NCBI RefSeq assembly: GCF_963921235.1
Contig: NC_086097.1
Location: 252,156,001-252,220,000, forward strand
DNA from: Mobula hypostoma
Taxonomy: Eukaryota
DNA: 64,000 nt
Direction: 5' to 3'
The notes under the pieces are model-generated. The model was not told the origin of the DNA. It searched no databases and saw only the letters and a program-made list of their open reading frames with translations. How positions within the stretch are numbered: the stretch's first letter is position 1; every line of letters starts with the position of its first letter. This document shows positions 51,345 to 64,000 of the stretch, one piece after another. The translations under genes were made by a program, and so were the position numbers.

Positions 51345-51720
51345 TTGTACTCCTCTACAAGTCATCTCGTACTCCTCTACAAGTCATCTCGTACACCCCT
51401 CTATAAGTCATCTCGTACACCCCTACATGTCATCTCGTACTTCTCTATAAGTCATCTCGTACACCCCTCTGTAGGTCATCTCGTACTCCTCTATGAGTCA
51501 TCTCGTACACCCCTCTATGAGTCATCTCGTACTCCTCTATGTCATCTCGTACTCTATAAGTCATCTTGTACACCCCTATATGTCATCTCGTACACCCTTC
51601 TACAAGTCACCTCGCACACCTCTACGTCACCTCGCACACCTCTAGGTCACCTCGCACACCTCTATAAGTCATCTCGTACACCTCTATAAGTCATCTCGTA
51701 CACCTCTATAAGTCGCCTCT
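51345..51720. repeat. About 20-25-bp minisatellite (CTCTATAAGTCATCTCGTACACC-like)
   Basis: Roughly 16 degenerate copies embedded in a CR1 3' fragment. Confidence 0.85.
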
Positions 51721-51968
51721 CATATCTACCTTGTTTACTGAAGGACCAGTGACTAAACCAGTAACCTTAAATGCTGAGAGCAACATTCAAACTGCAAATA
51801 TTAATCCTTATAATATAGTTGGTGGAGAAATTTCATCTCTGGTTGCCAATTATTAACATCAAAATATTTAACTGAACAAAATACAGTCCATTCTGCTTAA
51901 TTGAGCCATTAGTTAATCGGGCAACCACTTATTTAGGGTAAAACTCTTAAAGAACAAAAACTAATCGA

Positions 51969-52810
51969 GAACATAGAACATAGAACATAGCATAGTACAG
52001 CACAGTACAGGCCCTTCGGCCCACAATGTCGTGCCGACCCTCAAACCCTGCCTCCCATATAAGCCCCCAACTTAAATTCCTCCATATACCTGTCCAGTAG
52101 TCTCTTAAACTTCACTAGTGTATCTGCCTCCACCACTGACTCAGGCAATGCATTCCACGCACCAACCACTTTCTGAGTAAAAAACCTTCCTCTAATATCC
52201 CCCTTGAACTTCCCACCCCTTACCTTAAAGCCATGTCCTCTTGTATTGAGCAGTGGTGCCCTGGGGAAGAGGCGCTGACTATCCACTCTATCTGTTCCTC
52301 TTATTATCTTGTACACCTCTATCATGTCTCTTCTCATCCTCCTTCTCTCCAAAGAGTAAAGCCCCAGCTCCCTTAATCTCTGATCATAATGCATACTTTC
52401 TAAACCAGGCAGCATCCTGGTAAATCTCCTCTGTACCCTTTCCAATGCTTCCACATCCTTCCTATAGTGAGGCGACCAGAACTGGACACAGAACTCCAAG
52501 TGTGGCCTAACCAGAGTTTTATAGAGCTGCATCATTACATCGCGACTCTTAAACTCTATCCCTCGACTTATGAAAGCTAACACCCCATAAGCTTTCTTAT
52601 CTACCCTATCCACCTGTGAGGCAACTTTCAGGGATCTGTGGACATGTACCCCGAGATCCCTCTGCTCCTCCACACGACCAAGTATCCTGCCATTTAATTT
52701 GTACTCTGCCTTGGAGTTTGTCCTTCCAAAGTGTACCACCTCACACTTCTCCGGGTTGAACTCCATCTGCCACTTCTCAGCCCACTTCTGCATCCTATCA
52801 ATGTCTCTCT
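51969..52810 (-). mobile_element. Young 5'-truncated CR1 LINE
   Basis: Intact ORF 52041-52847 and a (TTCTATG)n tail. Confidence 0.93.
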
Positions 52811-53927
52811 GAAAATAGCAGGGATCTCCTTTGATTATTTGGGACACTATGTTACTTAATTGGAACAGGAGACTGTTGCTGAACAGATTCTACCAAGCAT
52901 CAGTCACATGTGACACTACACTATGCTTACAGGGAACAGTTTTTAAATAGTGTCAGTTGCACATGTTTATATACAAAAAACAATCTTTTTTTTCTACTGA
53001 TAGTTGGCGAGAAATAAGCAACAAGACAATTCATTAGACCTTAAAGGCACAGGAGCAGAATTAGGCCATGTTGTCCATCAAGTATATGGAGGAATTTAAG
53101 GCGGGGGGTTATATGGGAGGCAGGGTTTAAGGGTTGGCACAACATTGTGGGCCGAAGGACCTGTACTGTACTGTGCTGTACCATTCTATGTTCTATGTTT
53201 TAAGTCTGCTCCGCCATTCAATCATGACTGATCCTTTTCTCCCCCCTGCCCCCCCCACAGGCCCACTCCCTGTAATCTTTGAATCTATCAAGCTCTGCCT
53301 TAAATACACCCAACGAGCTGGCCTCCACAGCTGCCTGTGGTAACAAATTCCACAAATTCAGAACTACCTTACTGTCCTTGCCCACCGTGGCTTCAAGCAT
53401 TCAGGCTTGGAGATGCCAGAAACAGCCAAAAGTGAATATGAAATAATTTCACTACTTCAGCAAGTTAGAACCTACAAAGAATTTTAAAGTATTGATAATC
53501 ATCTTGAATGTTCCAATGAAAATGAAGATTCGGAGGATGCAACTGTCAAAAGCATTGCATGAAAGTAGTTCATTAACTACACTCCGTGTCTGCACTGATT
53601 TTGTTCAGTTACAGTCAATTAAAGAACATGGCAGTGTACACTGGATGAATTCCTCTGAAGATAACTATTAGGAACTAATACATTTTTATAGTTCTGTAGT
53701 AGCATTGATGTTCTAATTTATTCTGTATTTCATTTAAATATATAACTTATTACTCAGTTAAAACAGTAGTTTGTCTTCTTTTTTTAAACACGTTTTTACT
53801 ATTCCCATGAAACTTCAGCTAATTGGGACAGTTGCTTAATTGGCCAAAATGTACTGGTCCCGATGTGTCCCAACTAACTGTATAATGGTTGTTTTTGATT
53901 TTATTAAATGAAACGGTTGATACTTAC

Positions 53928-54133
53928 CCTCAGAGCAGATTCCATGGACAGTACAGTTTAAGGGTCCACAGTTCAGTACATTACACGATGGCCCAGACCA
54001 AAAGCCGCTGCAGTAACAATCTCCAAGTACACAGTCTCCGTGTTCACTGCAGTCTGGGGGTACACACTCAGGTTCATGTACACATATGACCGTAGAAACA
54101 GAGCGGGGACAGCGCCACATGGGATCAGATTTA
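53928..54133 (-). CDS. NAGPA: NAGPA exon (end of catalytic region and first EGF-like repeats), 206 nt; upstream exons lie beyond the window
   Basis: ttaacag|T AAA gives KSDPMWRCPRSVSTVICVHEPECVPPDCSEHGDCVLGDC...NCTVHGICSE, then G|gtaagt; human has MWRCPRQVSTVVCVHEPRCQPPDC. Confidence 0.95.
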
Positions 54134-55809
54134 CTGTTAAAGGAAAGATTTCTGACTTCAGAAAGTTGACAGGACACAGCATTTTGGTATCAGTTTCATA
54201 TTCATGGACCAGTTCAGTTAACTCAGTAAAGGGCCGGCAGTCTTCAATGCAGAACCACAAGATTTCACATCAAAAACTGAATAGGATATTGTTATTACAC
54301 AAATACATACTGAGGCTTTATATGGCATTGGTCAGGCTGCATATGGAATATTCTGAGCAGTTTTGGGCCTCTTAATGGATGCGCTAGCACTGGAATGATC
54401 CTGGCAATGAGGAGAGTTTGACAACTCACTGGAGTTTAAAAGAATGAGAGGAAATCTCATTAGAACCTATCAAATATTGAAGGTGGGTGTGGAGAGGATG
54501 TTTCCTATACTGGTAGAAGGCACAACCTCAGAACAGAGGGATGTCCATTCAGAACAGAAATGTGGAGGAATTTCCCAAGCAGAGGGTGAATCTATGGATT
54601 TCATTGCCACAGATGGCTGTGCAGGCAAGTCATTGGGTATTTTTAAAGTGGTGGTGGATAGGGTCTTCATTAGTCAGGGTGTCAATAATTACTGGGAGAA
54701 GGCAAGAGAAAGGGGTTGAGAGGGATAATAAATCAGCCATGATGGAATGGCAGAGCAGACTCGATGGGCTGAATGGCCCAATTCTGCCCCTCTGTCTGAA
54801 ACACAAGTGTAAACATTCCTTTCAAAATGCAGAGAGATCCCTGTTAGGAAGCATTGTGATCAGTTTAGCTGAATTAACCATTATGGCATTCAGATTTGTA
54901 TCTTAATGTTTTTTAATAGCTTCCAAAGATTTCCGCATGTGGGCTTCATATGGAAATCCCGGTGAATTTTAAAACTCAAAACTGAAAAGTAAGACTGATT
55001 ATTTTTAAAATCACAGAGCACTGGCCAAAATATCAACTGAGCTGAGGCTGTTGCAGGGCCTCCTTTGTGTATGGGTCCCTGACTTAGAGTTCAAGGTAAG
55101 TCAAGTGAAATTTATCGTCATTTAATGTATATTGTCATGTATATAACATATATAATGTATACATAAACAAGACAACGTTTCTCTGAACCAGGGTGCAAAG
55201 TGCAGTAGTACACATAACACACGATAATTTATGAAGGCAAGGACAAGCTCTACAGAAGAATTACACATAAATAACAAACTAAAGTACTTTACTATTAAAT
55301 ACTGTAAGGTATGGAACAGGTTAATCAGCGACACTTCAAATATGATCCAGCCTGGAGTTCAGAAACCGAACAGCCTAGCAGAAGAAATTGTTTCCCATCC
55401 TGACCATTCTTGTTTTTATGCATCAGAGTCTCGTGCCAGACAGTAAAATGTCAACGATATACTGGATGGATGGGTGGGATCCTCACTAATACCAAGGGCC
55501 CTGTGTACGCAGCGCTCCTGGTAAGTGTCCCCAGTGAATGGTGGGGAGACCCCTATGGAGTGCTCGGTGGAGGGTGCTGATGCTTTTTTGCTGGTGGTGG
55601 AGGGAAGAGGTCGCTGCCTTGCTGCTGCTTGTGGTGTGGGAGGGGGCTTTGAGGTTCTAACGTTTAACTGTTATACATTCTTTGGGGCACTCCTCTGTTT
55701 TCGTGGATGTTTGTGAAGAAAAAAAAAATTTCAGGATGTATATTGTATACATTTCTCTGACATTAAATGCACCTATTGAACCTATTGATCTTCTCACCTG
55801 TTCTTACAG

Positions 55810-58155
55810 TCTGTTGTAGGGACAATGAGGTGATATTAAGGGACCAGGTGAGGGCATCCCTGATATGAATTCCCAAGAATGTTGTGCACTTCACTCTCTC
55901 TACAGAGGAGCCATGTGTTTGCAGAGGGGGATGGTTTGTTTGCACCTTCCTGAAGTCCATGATAACTTCATTTGTCTTCTTCTCATTCAGGCTTAGGTTG
56001 TTCTTCTCACAGCTATCCACCAGCCGCTCCACTTCCTCTCTATACTCCATCTCGTCATCACTCTTGATAAGACCAACCACTGTTGTGTCATCCACAAACT
56101 CGATGACAGAGTTTGAGCTGGATCCTGTGACAGTCATGCATCAGCAGTGTGAACAGGAGCAGGATGAGCATACAGCCTACTGCATTGTCAGTGGATCGAT
56201 TTGAGCAATAACTGGACTCAAAAGGGTCCAGTGTAGCCAGGAGAAAGGCTTTCATGTGCTCCATGACCAGTCTCTCAAAACATTTCATTACGGTTGATGT
56301 TAATGCCGCTGGATGATAGTCATTTAGGCAGGTTACTGTCGCTTTCTTTGGCACTTGAAAACCACAAGATGATAAGATATAGGAGCAGAATTAGGCCATT
56401 TGGCTCCTTGAGTCTGCTCCGCCATTTCATCATGGCTGATCCAATTTTCCTCTCAACCGCAATCTCCTGCCTTCTCCCCGTATCCCTTTATGTCCTGACC
56501 AATGAAGAATCTATCAACTATTGCCTTAAGTATACATAAAGACGACAAAGAATTCCACAGATTCACCATGCTCTAGCTGAAGAAAGTACTCCTCATCTCC
56601 ATACTAAAAGGATGCCCCTCTATTATGAGGCTGTGCCCTCTGGTCTTAGGCTCTCCCACCCCAGGAAACATCCTCCCCATATCCAACTTTCACCATTCAA
56701 CAGGTTTCAACGAGGTCACTCCTCATTCTTCTGAATTCTAGTGAATACAGGCCCAGAGCCATTAAACGCTCTTCAAATGTAAATCATTCAATCCCGGAAC
56801 CATTTTCATGAACCTCCTTTGAACCCGCCCCAGTTACAGCACATCCTTTGTAAGATAAGCGACCCAAACCTGCTCACAATACTCCAAGTGAGAATATTCT
56901 AGTCCTCTTGAAATGAATAAAAATATTGCATTTGCCTTCCTCACCATAGACTCAACCTGCAAACTAACCTTTAGGGAAACCTGCACAAGGACTCCTAAGT
57001 CCCTTTCATTTCTTCTTCCAAAGTGCTTCCTGACACTGTATTCCATTTGTCATTCATTGCCCATTCTCCTAATCCAAGTCGTTTTGTAGCCTCTCTACTT
57101 TCTCAAAACTACCTGCCTCTCCACCTATCTTCACATCATCTGCAAACTTTGCAACAAAGTCATCATCGAAATCACTGACATACAACGTAAAAAGAATCAG
57201 TTGCAAAACAGACCCCTGTGGAACAACGGTAGTCACTGGCAGCCAGTCAGAAAAGGCTCCCTTTATCCCACTCTTTGTCTGCTGCCAAACAGTTACTGCT
57301 TTTAACCAATTTAACCAATTTCCCCCGGGATCAATAAAGTACGGCTATGATTTTGACCACGCTAGAAACTTTCCTGTAATACCATGGGCTCGTAGCTTGT
57401 TAAGCAGCCTCATGTGTGGCACCTTGTCAAAGGCCTTCTGAAAATCCAAGTACACAACATCAACTGATTCTCCTTTGTCTGTCCTGCTTGTTACTTTTTC
57501 AAATTCCAACAGGTTTGTTAGGCAAGATTTTCTTGAGGAAACCATGTGTCTCCAAGTACTCTGAGACCTCATCCTTAACAATCAACTCCAACATCTTCCC
57601 AACCACGGAGGCCAGACTAACTGGCCTATAGTTTCCTTTCTTCTGTCTCTCTCCCTTCTTGAAGAGTGGAGTGACATTTGCAATTTTCCAGAATCATTCC
57701 AGACTCTAGTGATTCTTAAAAGGTCATTACTAATGCCTTCACAATCTCTTCAGCCACCTCTTTCAGAACCCTGGGGTACACACCATCTGGTCCAGGTGAG
57801 GAATCTACCTTCAGACCTTTCAGTTTCTCAAGAACCTTCTCTCTAGTTACGGGGACAATGGATTGTTCCAGAGAGATGTTGAATATATTCGTCAGCTGGA
57901 CTGTGCAGTCTTTCAGAACCTGCCCTGGTATACTATCGGGACCCGCAGCTTTGCGTGGGATGAATTCACGCAAATATATTCGTCAGCTGGACTGTGCAGT
58001 CTTTCAGAACCCGCCCTGGTACATTATCAGGCCCCACAGCTTTGCGTAGGATGATTCTGGCCAGGACCTTCCTCAGCTCAGCTTCAGCCAGACTGAGTGT
58101 CTGCTCCCCTGCGGGGAGGGGGAGGGCGTCCTCACCAACACTTGGTTCTGCATTC
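55810..58155 (-). mobile_element. Rex1/Babar LINE fragment split by a CR1 insertion (about 56365-57850)
   Basis: Rex1 motifs [21 protein letters not shown] and [12 protein letters not shown] on the left, RKAAGPD...VLKDC on the right, with CR1 motifs between. A ~93-bp tandem duplication lies at about 57880-58055. Confidence 0.8.
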
Positions 58156-58509
58156 AAGATTCAAGTTCAAAGTAAATTTATTATCAATGTACATATCAAA
58201 TGTGACCATATACTACCCTGAGGTTCACTTTCTCGCAGGCATTCACAGTAAATATAAATAAATACAACAGAGTCAATGAAAGGCCACACACAACAATGAC
58301 TAACAAATAACTCAGGTGGAAAAGACAACAATCTGTGCAAATACAAAAAAGAAAAAAAACAGAATAATAATAAATAAATAAGCAATAACTAGGCATGAGT
58401 CCTTAGACAGTTGGATCAGTTCAGTTGTTATCCAGTCTGGTTCACTAGCTAATTTACAACAATATGTACTTTTCCTTTCAAGTAATCAGTAGACAGTAAT
58501 TACCATCAC

Positions 58510-58910
58510 TAAGGGTGGTGGGGTAGAGTTACGTCTCTACCAAAGGACGTGTACGGTGCTCCTTCCCCCCGCTGGCCATAGAGTCACCCTTCAGCAAGGG
58601 GTAGCACCTGCTTAGCTGTCTACCACCCCCCCCCACCCAGTCTGGAGTATGAGAAGCCATGGGAGCAGGTGGTGGATGGTCGTATGAGTAGCTGGTGCAC
58701 ATCACAAGTCCTGGTTATGGACCACTGACACCAGGCAGACAATCTCTGAATATTGATAATGGCTGGGGTCACCCATCTTGTAAAGCCACTGCCCAGAAGC
58801 TGGCAATGGCACACCACCTCTGTAAAAAAATTTGCCAAGAACAATTATGGTCATGGAAAGATCATGATTGCCCACGTCATACAACACGGCGCATAACGAT
58901 GATGATGACC
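58510..58910 (+). mobile_element. RTE-related non-autonomous element with (GAT)n tail
   Basis: BovA-like GGCAATGGCACACCAC motif and ...ATAACGATGATGATGA end; a second, split copy lies at 13097-14215. Confidence 0.6.
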
Positions 58911-60689
58911 ATTGAGGACATGCTCTTTTCTTGTTACCATCATCGAGGAGTTGGTACAGAGCCACATTTACTCATTTATGTGCAGCTTCCCCCCTCCCCG
59001 CCCACCATCAGATTTATGGGAGGTACATGAACTCTACCTTGTTGTCCTCTTTTGCATTATTTATTGATCTATTTTTTTAAAAATGCAACTTCATTTTTTT
59101 TCAGTCATGCTGACACAGAATAGTAAATTTCATGGGCAGGTCAGATGGTGATTTGGATATTTTTCCCCTTTACTCAGGCACAGGCAGAGACCAATAAGCC
59201 ATGTTGTTTGGGTGATTACATACTTCTGAAACTTGCAGCTGGCCTTCTCACCTTGCTAGAAAAACTCTAAATACTGTACACAGAACATTACAGGACAGTA
59301 CAGATCCTTCCGCTCACAATATTGTGTTGACCTTTTAACCAACTCCAAGATCAAACCTACACAGCTCTCTTTTTCTATCATCTTATTCCAAATGCTTTGC
59401 ACATTTAATCACAGCACCTTCAGTCTTGTATTCTTCACCGTTTTGAATGTTGCCTCTGTGGTACAATTTAACTCTTTGCTATGTCTGCATTTGTACCCAG
59501 TCATTGTCTTGCCCTTCCTTACACTTATGTTACATCCATCACCTACTTGTAAATCTGCCTGCTCATCCTCAGCTCTGGTTCCCATCCCCCTGCCGTATTA
59601 ATTTAAACCACTCCCAACAGCTCTAGCAAACCAGCCCTCAAAGATATCATTCCCCCTTGGATTCAAGTGCAACCCATCCCTTTTTAACAGGTCACACTTG
59701 CCCCAGAAGAGGCATCATTTTTCTATGCTTATCACAGACTGTGAAATATAGGAGCTGAATTAGGTCATTTAGCCCATCAATTTTCTTAAGTGCCCCTAAT
59801 GTACCTGCCTCCACCACCTCTCCCTGGCAGGGCGTTCCCTGTGTTTACGGACTCCCAGGGGAGAGGCGTGAGAGTTAGTGCACTCCAGAGTCGGTGCTGC
59901 CCCCCAGTGTTCGCTTGGCAGAAGACAAGCCGTATTGTGTTCGACCGCATGCAACAGTCCCCCAGCTCAGAGTTTTGGACAACACGTTTTTGTGTGACTG
60001 TATTTTACTGATGTCTTATATGTAACTGCTATTTTAGATTGCTATACGTGCTTTGTACTGTTAATGACTGTCGGCCCCAGAGTAACGTTGTTTCAATTGA
60101 CTGCAATCATGAAATTTAATGTATGGTTGAACGACAATTACTCTTGAACTTAAATTGTGAGGATTGCCGAAGAAGCTGGCATTGCGTCAGCTTCTTCCTT
60201 TAAGTTTCAGTACTGCATTATATGTTTGTAGAGCAGTCTTGTTTACACTGGAGAAACCATCTGCAGATTGGACAACCTATATTCAGTTCTAAGGATTAGC
60301 TTTGCCACATGTACAGAGAAACACACAGTCACGATTGTGGACTGTTTGTCCCACTTCCATCCAGGAAGCAGGCTATGTAGCATCCAAGCCAGGACCATCA
60401 GACTCAAAAACAGTTACTTTCCCCAAGCAGTAAGGCTGATCAACATCTCCACCCATTGACCCACCCCTCCACACCCCCAACCACCACAACTTTTATCATT
60501 TCCTGTCAAAGTCACTTAACGTACAGAGTCTCCTGTGCCGAGCAGCACAGGGAATCAGCATCCATCATCAGGGACCCCTAATTACCAGGTCATGCTCTCT
60601 TCTCACTGCTGCCAATAGGAAGGTGGCTTGGGAGCCTCAGGACCTACAACACCAGCTTCAGGAACAGTTATTACCCCTCAACCAGTGAG

Positions 60690-62640
60690 GGGTACAGGCA
60701 GGTTAGGAATATAATGAGGTGGCAGATAAATGCATGGCTGAAGAATTGAGCTGGGCAGGGATTCATTGGGACCTCTTCTGGGGCAAGTGTGACCTGTTAA
60801 AAAGGGATGGGTTGCACTTGAATCCAAGGGGGAATGATATCTTTGAGGGCCGGTTTGCTAGAGCTGTTGGGAGTGGTTTAAATTAATACGGCAGGGGGAT
60901 GGGAACCAGAGCTGAGGATGAGCAGGCAGGTTTACAAGTAGGTGATGGATGTAACATAAATGTAAGGAAGGGCAAGGCAATGACGGGATACAAATGCAGA
61001 CATAGCAAAGAGTTAAATTGTACCACAGAGGCAACATTCAAAACGGTGAAGAATACAGGACTGAAGGTGCTGTGAATAAATGTGCAAAGCATTTGGAATA
61101 AGGTGGACGAACTCATGGTGCAATTAGAGATTGCTCGGTATGACATTATGGCCATAACTGCATTGTAGTAATATGCAAGGGGACTGGGAAAATCTGGTTG
61201 GTGTCGGATTGCAAGAGAGGGAATTTCTTGAATGCCTACGAGATGGCTTTTTAGAGCAACTTGTGCTTGAGCCTACTTGGGGAAAGGCTATCATAGACTG
61301 GGTGTGGTGTAATAACCCAGATCTTATTAGGAAGCTTAAGTTAAAGGAACCTTTAGGAGGCAGTGATCATAATATGATTAAATTCATACTGCAATTTGAG
61401 AGGGAGAAGCATAAATCACATTTGTCAGTATTGCAATAGAATAAAGGGAATTACAGAGGAATGAGAGAGGAGCTTCCCAGGTGATTTGGAGGAGGATACT
61501 GGCAGGGATGATGATAGAGTAGAGATAGCTGAGATTTCTGGGAATAATTCACAAGGCGCAGGATAGACATGTCTCACAGAAGTAGTTCTCAAATGGCAGG
61601 GGTAGACAACTGTGGCTGACAAGGGACTGTATAAACCTACTGGAAAATTATGCTGGTTAAGTATTAATAGGCATCCGTTAGTGTCATGAGACCATGGATT
61701 TGTGCCTCGGGAGGATTCCAGGGCGCAGGCCTGGGTAAGGTTGTATGGAAGACCGGCAGTTGCCCATGCTGCAAGTCTCCCCTCTCCACGACACCGATGC
61801 TGTCCAAGGGAAGGGCACTAGGACCCATACAGCTTGGCACCGGTGTCATCGCAGAGCAATGTGTGGTTAAGTGCCTTGCTCAAGGACACACACGCTGCCT
61901 CAGCTGAAGCTCGAACTTGTGACCTTCAGATCACTAGACCGATGCCTTAACCACTTGGCCATGTGCCAAGTATTAATAGGGGCCAAAGAAATGGCAGATG
62001 AACTTAATGAGAGGTTTGCATGAATCTTAACTAGCAGTTTGTCAGAAGGCCGTGAGTGTCAGGAGGCAGGAGTGAATGCCATGCTATTACAAAGTGCAAG
62101 GCAAAATGAAAGGTCTTCAGGTGGATAAGTCAGCTGGACCAGATGGACTACATCCCAGAGTCCTGAGAGAGGTTGCTGAAGAGATAACAGATGCATTGGT
62201 CATGATCTTTCATGAATCACTTGATTCTGGCATGTCCTGGAGGACTGGAAAATTGCAAATGTCACTCCACTCTTTAATAAAGAAGGAAGGCAAAAGAAAG
62301 GAAATTTTAGGCCAGTCAGCCTAAACTCAGTGTCAGGAAAGTGTTGGAGTCTATTATTAAGGATGAGGTTTCTGGGTACTTGGAGACTAAAGATAAAATA
62401 AGTCAAAGTCAGCATGGTTACTGTAAAGGGAAATCTTGCCTGATATCTGAGGAAGTAACAAGCAGGGTGGACAAAGGACAGGCAGTTGGATGTCATTTAC
62501 TTGGATTTTCAGAAGGCATTTGATAAGGTGCCTCACATGAGGCTGCTTAACAAGATAAAATCCTATGGTGTTACTGGAAAAACAGTGGCATAGATAGAGG
62601 CTGACAGGAAGAAGGCAGTGGTGTTCCTCAGGGGTCAGTA
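60690..62640 (+). mobile_element. Degraded CR1 LINE (ORF1 end, endonuclease, RT start)
   Basis: FLECLRDGFLEQLVLEPT...LGGSDHNMI; DKSAGPDGLHPRVLRE; SQHG. Confidence 0.85.
61672..61967 (-). mobile_element. Full-length tRNA-derived SINE with 13-bp target-site duplication
   Basis: Minus strand has A box TGGCCAAGTGG, B box GTTCGAGC and CORE-like GTGTCCTTGAGCAAGGCACTTAACC. AAGTATTAATAGG is duplicated at 61659-61671 and 61968-61980. Confidence 0.88.
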
Positions 62641-63714
62641 TTTACTAATTATTTCTTTTTTCTTTTGTATTTGCACAGTTGACTTTTGCACTTTAGTTGT
62701 TTGTCCGTCCTGTTGGCTGCGGTCTTTCATTAATTGTATTGTGTTTCTTGGATTTACTGAGCAGGCCCAGAAGAAAACGAATCACAGGGTTGTATATGGT
62801 GACATACTGCCTATATAGCTTGATAATAAATTTACTTTGAACTTTGATATAGTCAGTGTATGCATATAAGCTATCTTATGTATTTATGTTGATTGCATTA
62901 TTATTGTGTTCTTTATCATATTGTGGCTTTTTGTGCTGCATCGGATCCAGAGTAACAATTATTTCATACTCCTTTACACTTATGTACTGGAAAAGACAAC
63001 ACAATCTTGAATCTTGAAATGCATCATTTGTGTCAACAACCAGAGTCTGAGGACGTGCTTGTGTCGCCATGCTTCCAGCGCCCATAACTTACAAACTCCT
63101 AATCAGATTGGCTTTGGAACGTGGGACCCACATGGTCACGGAGAGAACATACCAACTCATTACAGACAGAGGCAGGAATTGAACACGCAATATCTGATTG
63201 GTTAATTGCAGCAATAGAATTTGTCTGGAGTAATCTGAGGAGCAAACCAGGTTAATTCGTTCTCTTTTCTCTTTGTTCTTCTCCCTGCTAGTAAGATCTT
63301 TCTCCCTCCCACCCTCAAGCTTCATTTTCTTGCCTGTGTCTTCTTTGTCCTTGTAACACTTAATAAACAATCACAAGAAACAAGCTTTAGGCTTCATCTT
63401 TGACTTCCAAGGAACCTTGGATCAAAAACATCAGTTTCCAACAGCCCAGAGAAGAGAGGCATCTGCAGGCATGCAAATGCTGATCACTGGCACTGTAAGG
63501 AGTTACCTTACTGCTACGTTACTCTGCTACCCCACCAGACGTGGATTTTCATCCTATGATTAGAATGTAAACAATCAAGAACAGAACCAATACAGTCTTT
63601 ATTGGAGCACAACTTGTCAGAGCCTTGCTGAAGTGAAATCAAGCCATAACTATCTTGTAAGACTAAATCTAACAGCTAAAAGTGGATCAGTACGTGGAGC
63701 TGTGATGTTGTGGC

Positions 63715-64000
63715 CATTACAGAGACTTGGATGGCTCAGGGGCAGGAATGGTTACTTCAAGTGTGAGGCTTTAGATGTTTCAGAAAGGACAGGGAGGGAG
63801 GCAAAAGAGGTCGAAGCATGGCACAGTTGATTAGAGATAATGTCACGGCTGCAGAAAAGGAGGAAGTCATGGAGGGATTGTCTACTGAGTCTCTGTGTGT
63901 GGAAGTTAGGAACAGGAAAGGGTCAATAACTCTAATGGGTATTTTTTATAGACCACCCAATAGTAACAGAGACATCGAGGAGCAGATAGGGAGACAGATT
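63715..64000 (+). mobile_element. CR1 endonuclease fragment running off the window
   Basis: ...ESLCVEVRNRKGSITLMGIFYRPPNSNRDIEEQI. Confidence 0.8.

Noticed and set aside
61895..61967. tRNA gene
   Set aside because: A and B boxes are present, but they form the head of a SINE bounded by a 13-bp TSD and there is no proper acceptor stem.
54134..64000. Upstream NAGPA catalytic exons (NLDGGGS motif)
   Set aside because: Not found by eye; the region is repeat-filled intron, so they are presumed to lie beyond 64000.

Overview
This is eukaryotic, vertebrate DNA. The CR1-dominated repeat set with Penelope-derived foldback elements and HE1-like SINE pieces suggests a cartilaginous fish, probably a ray; this is inferred, not searched. 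Two intron-rich genes lie in tandem on the minus strand. The first is the 3' half of NAGPA (uncovering enzyme), with six exons spliced by hand in consistent phase from 54133 to 29768. The second is the 5' part of a TP53INP1-like gene: promoter, non-coding exon 1 and two coding exons, with the last exon apparently left of the window. The rest is mostly repeats: CR1, Rex1, RTE and L1 LINE fragments, a deleted retrovirus-like LTR element, Tc1 and hAT DNA elements, a 4.1-kb 33-bp minisatellite and a 3.1-kb polypyrimidine tract. The most unusual signal is RNA structure hidden in the repeats. About a dozen minimal type-I hammerhead ribozyme motifs sit in Penelope-derived foldback elements, two with fully intact cores and one as a back-to-back pair in a ~200-bp palindrome. 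There is also a twister-ribozyme relic at an RTE 5' end and a Tc1 element built from two 3' ends in inverted orientation. No prokaryotic systems, CRISPR arrays or intact tRNA/rRNA genes were seen.
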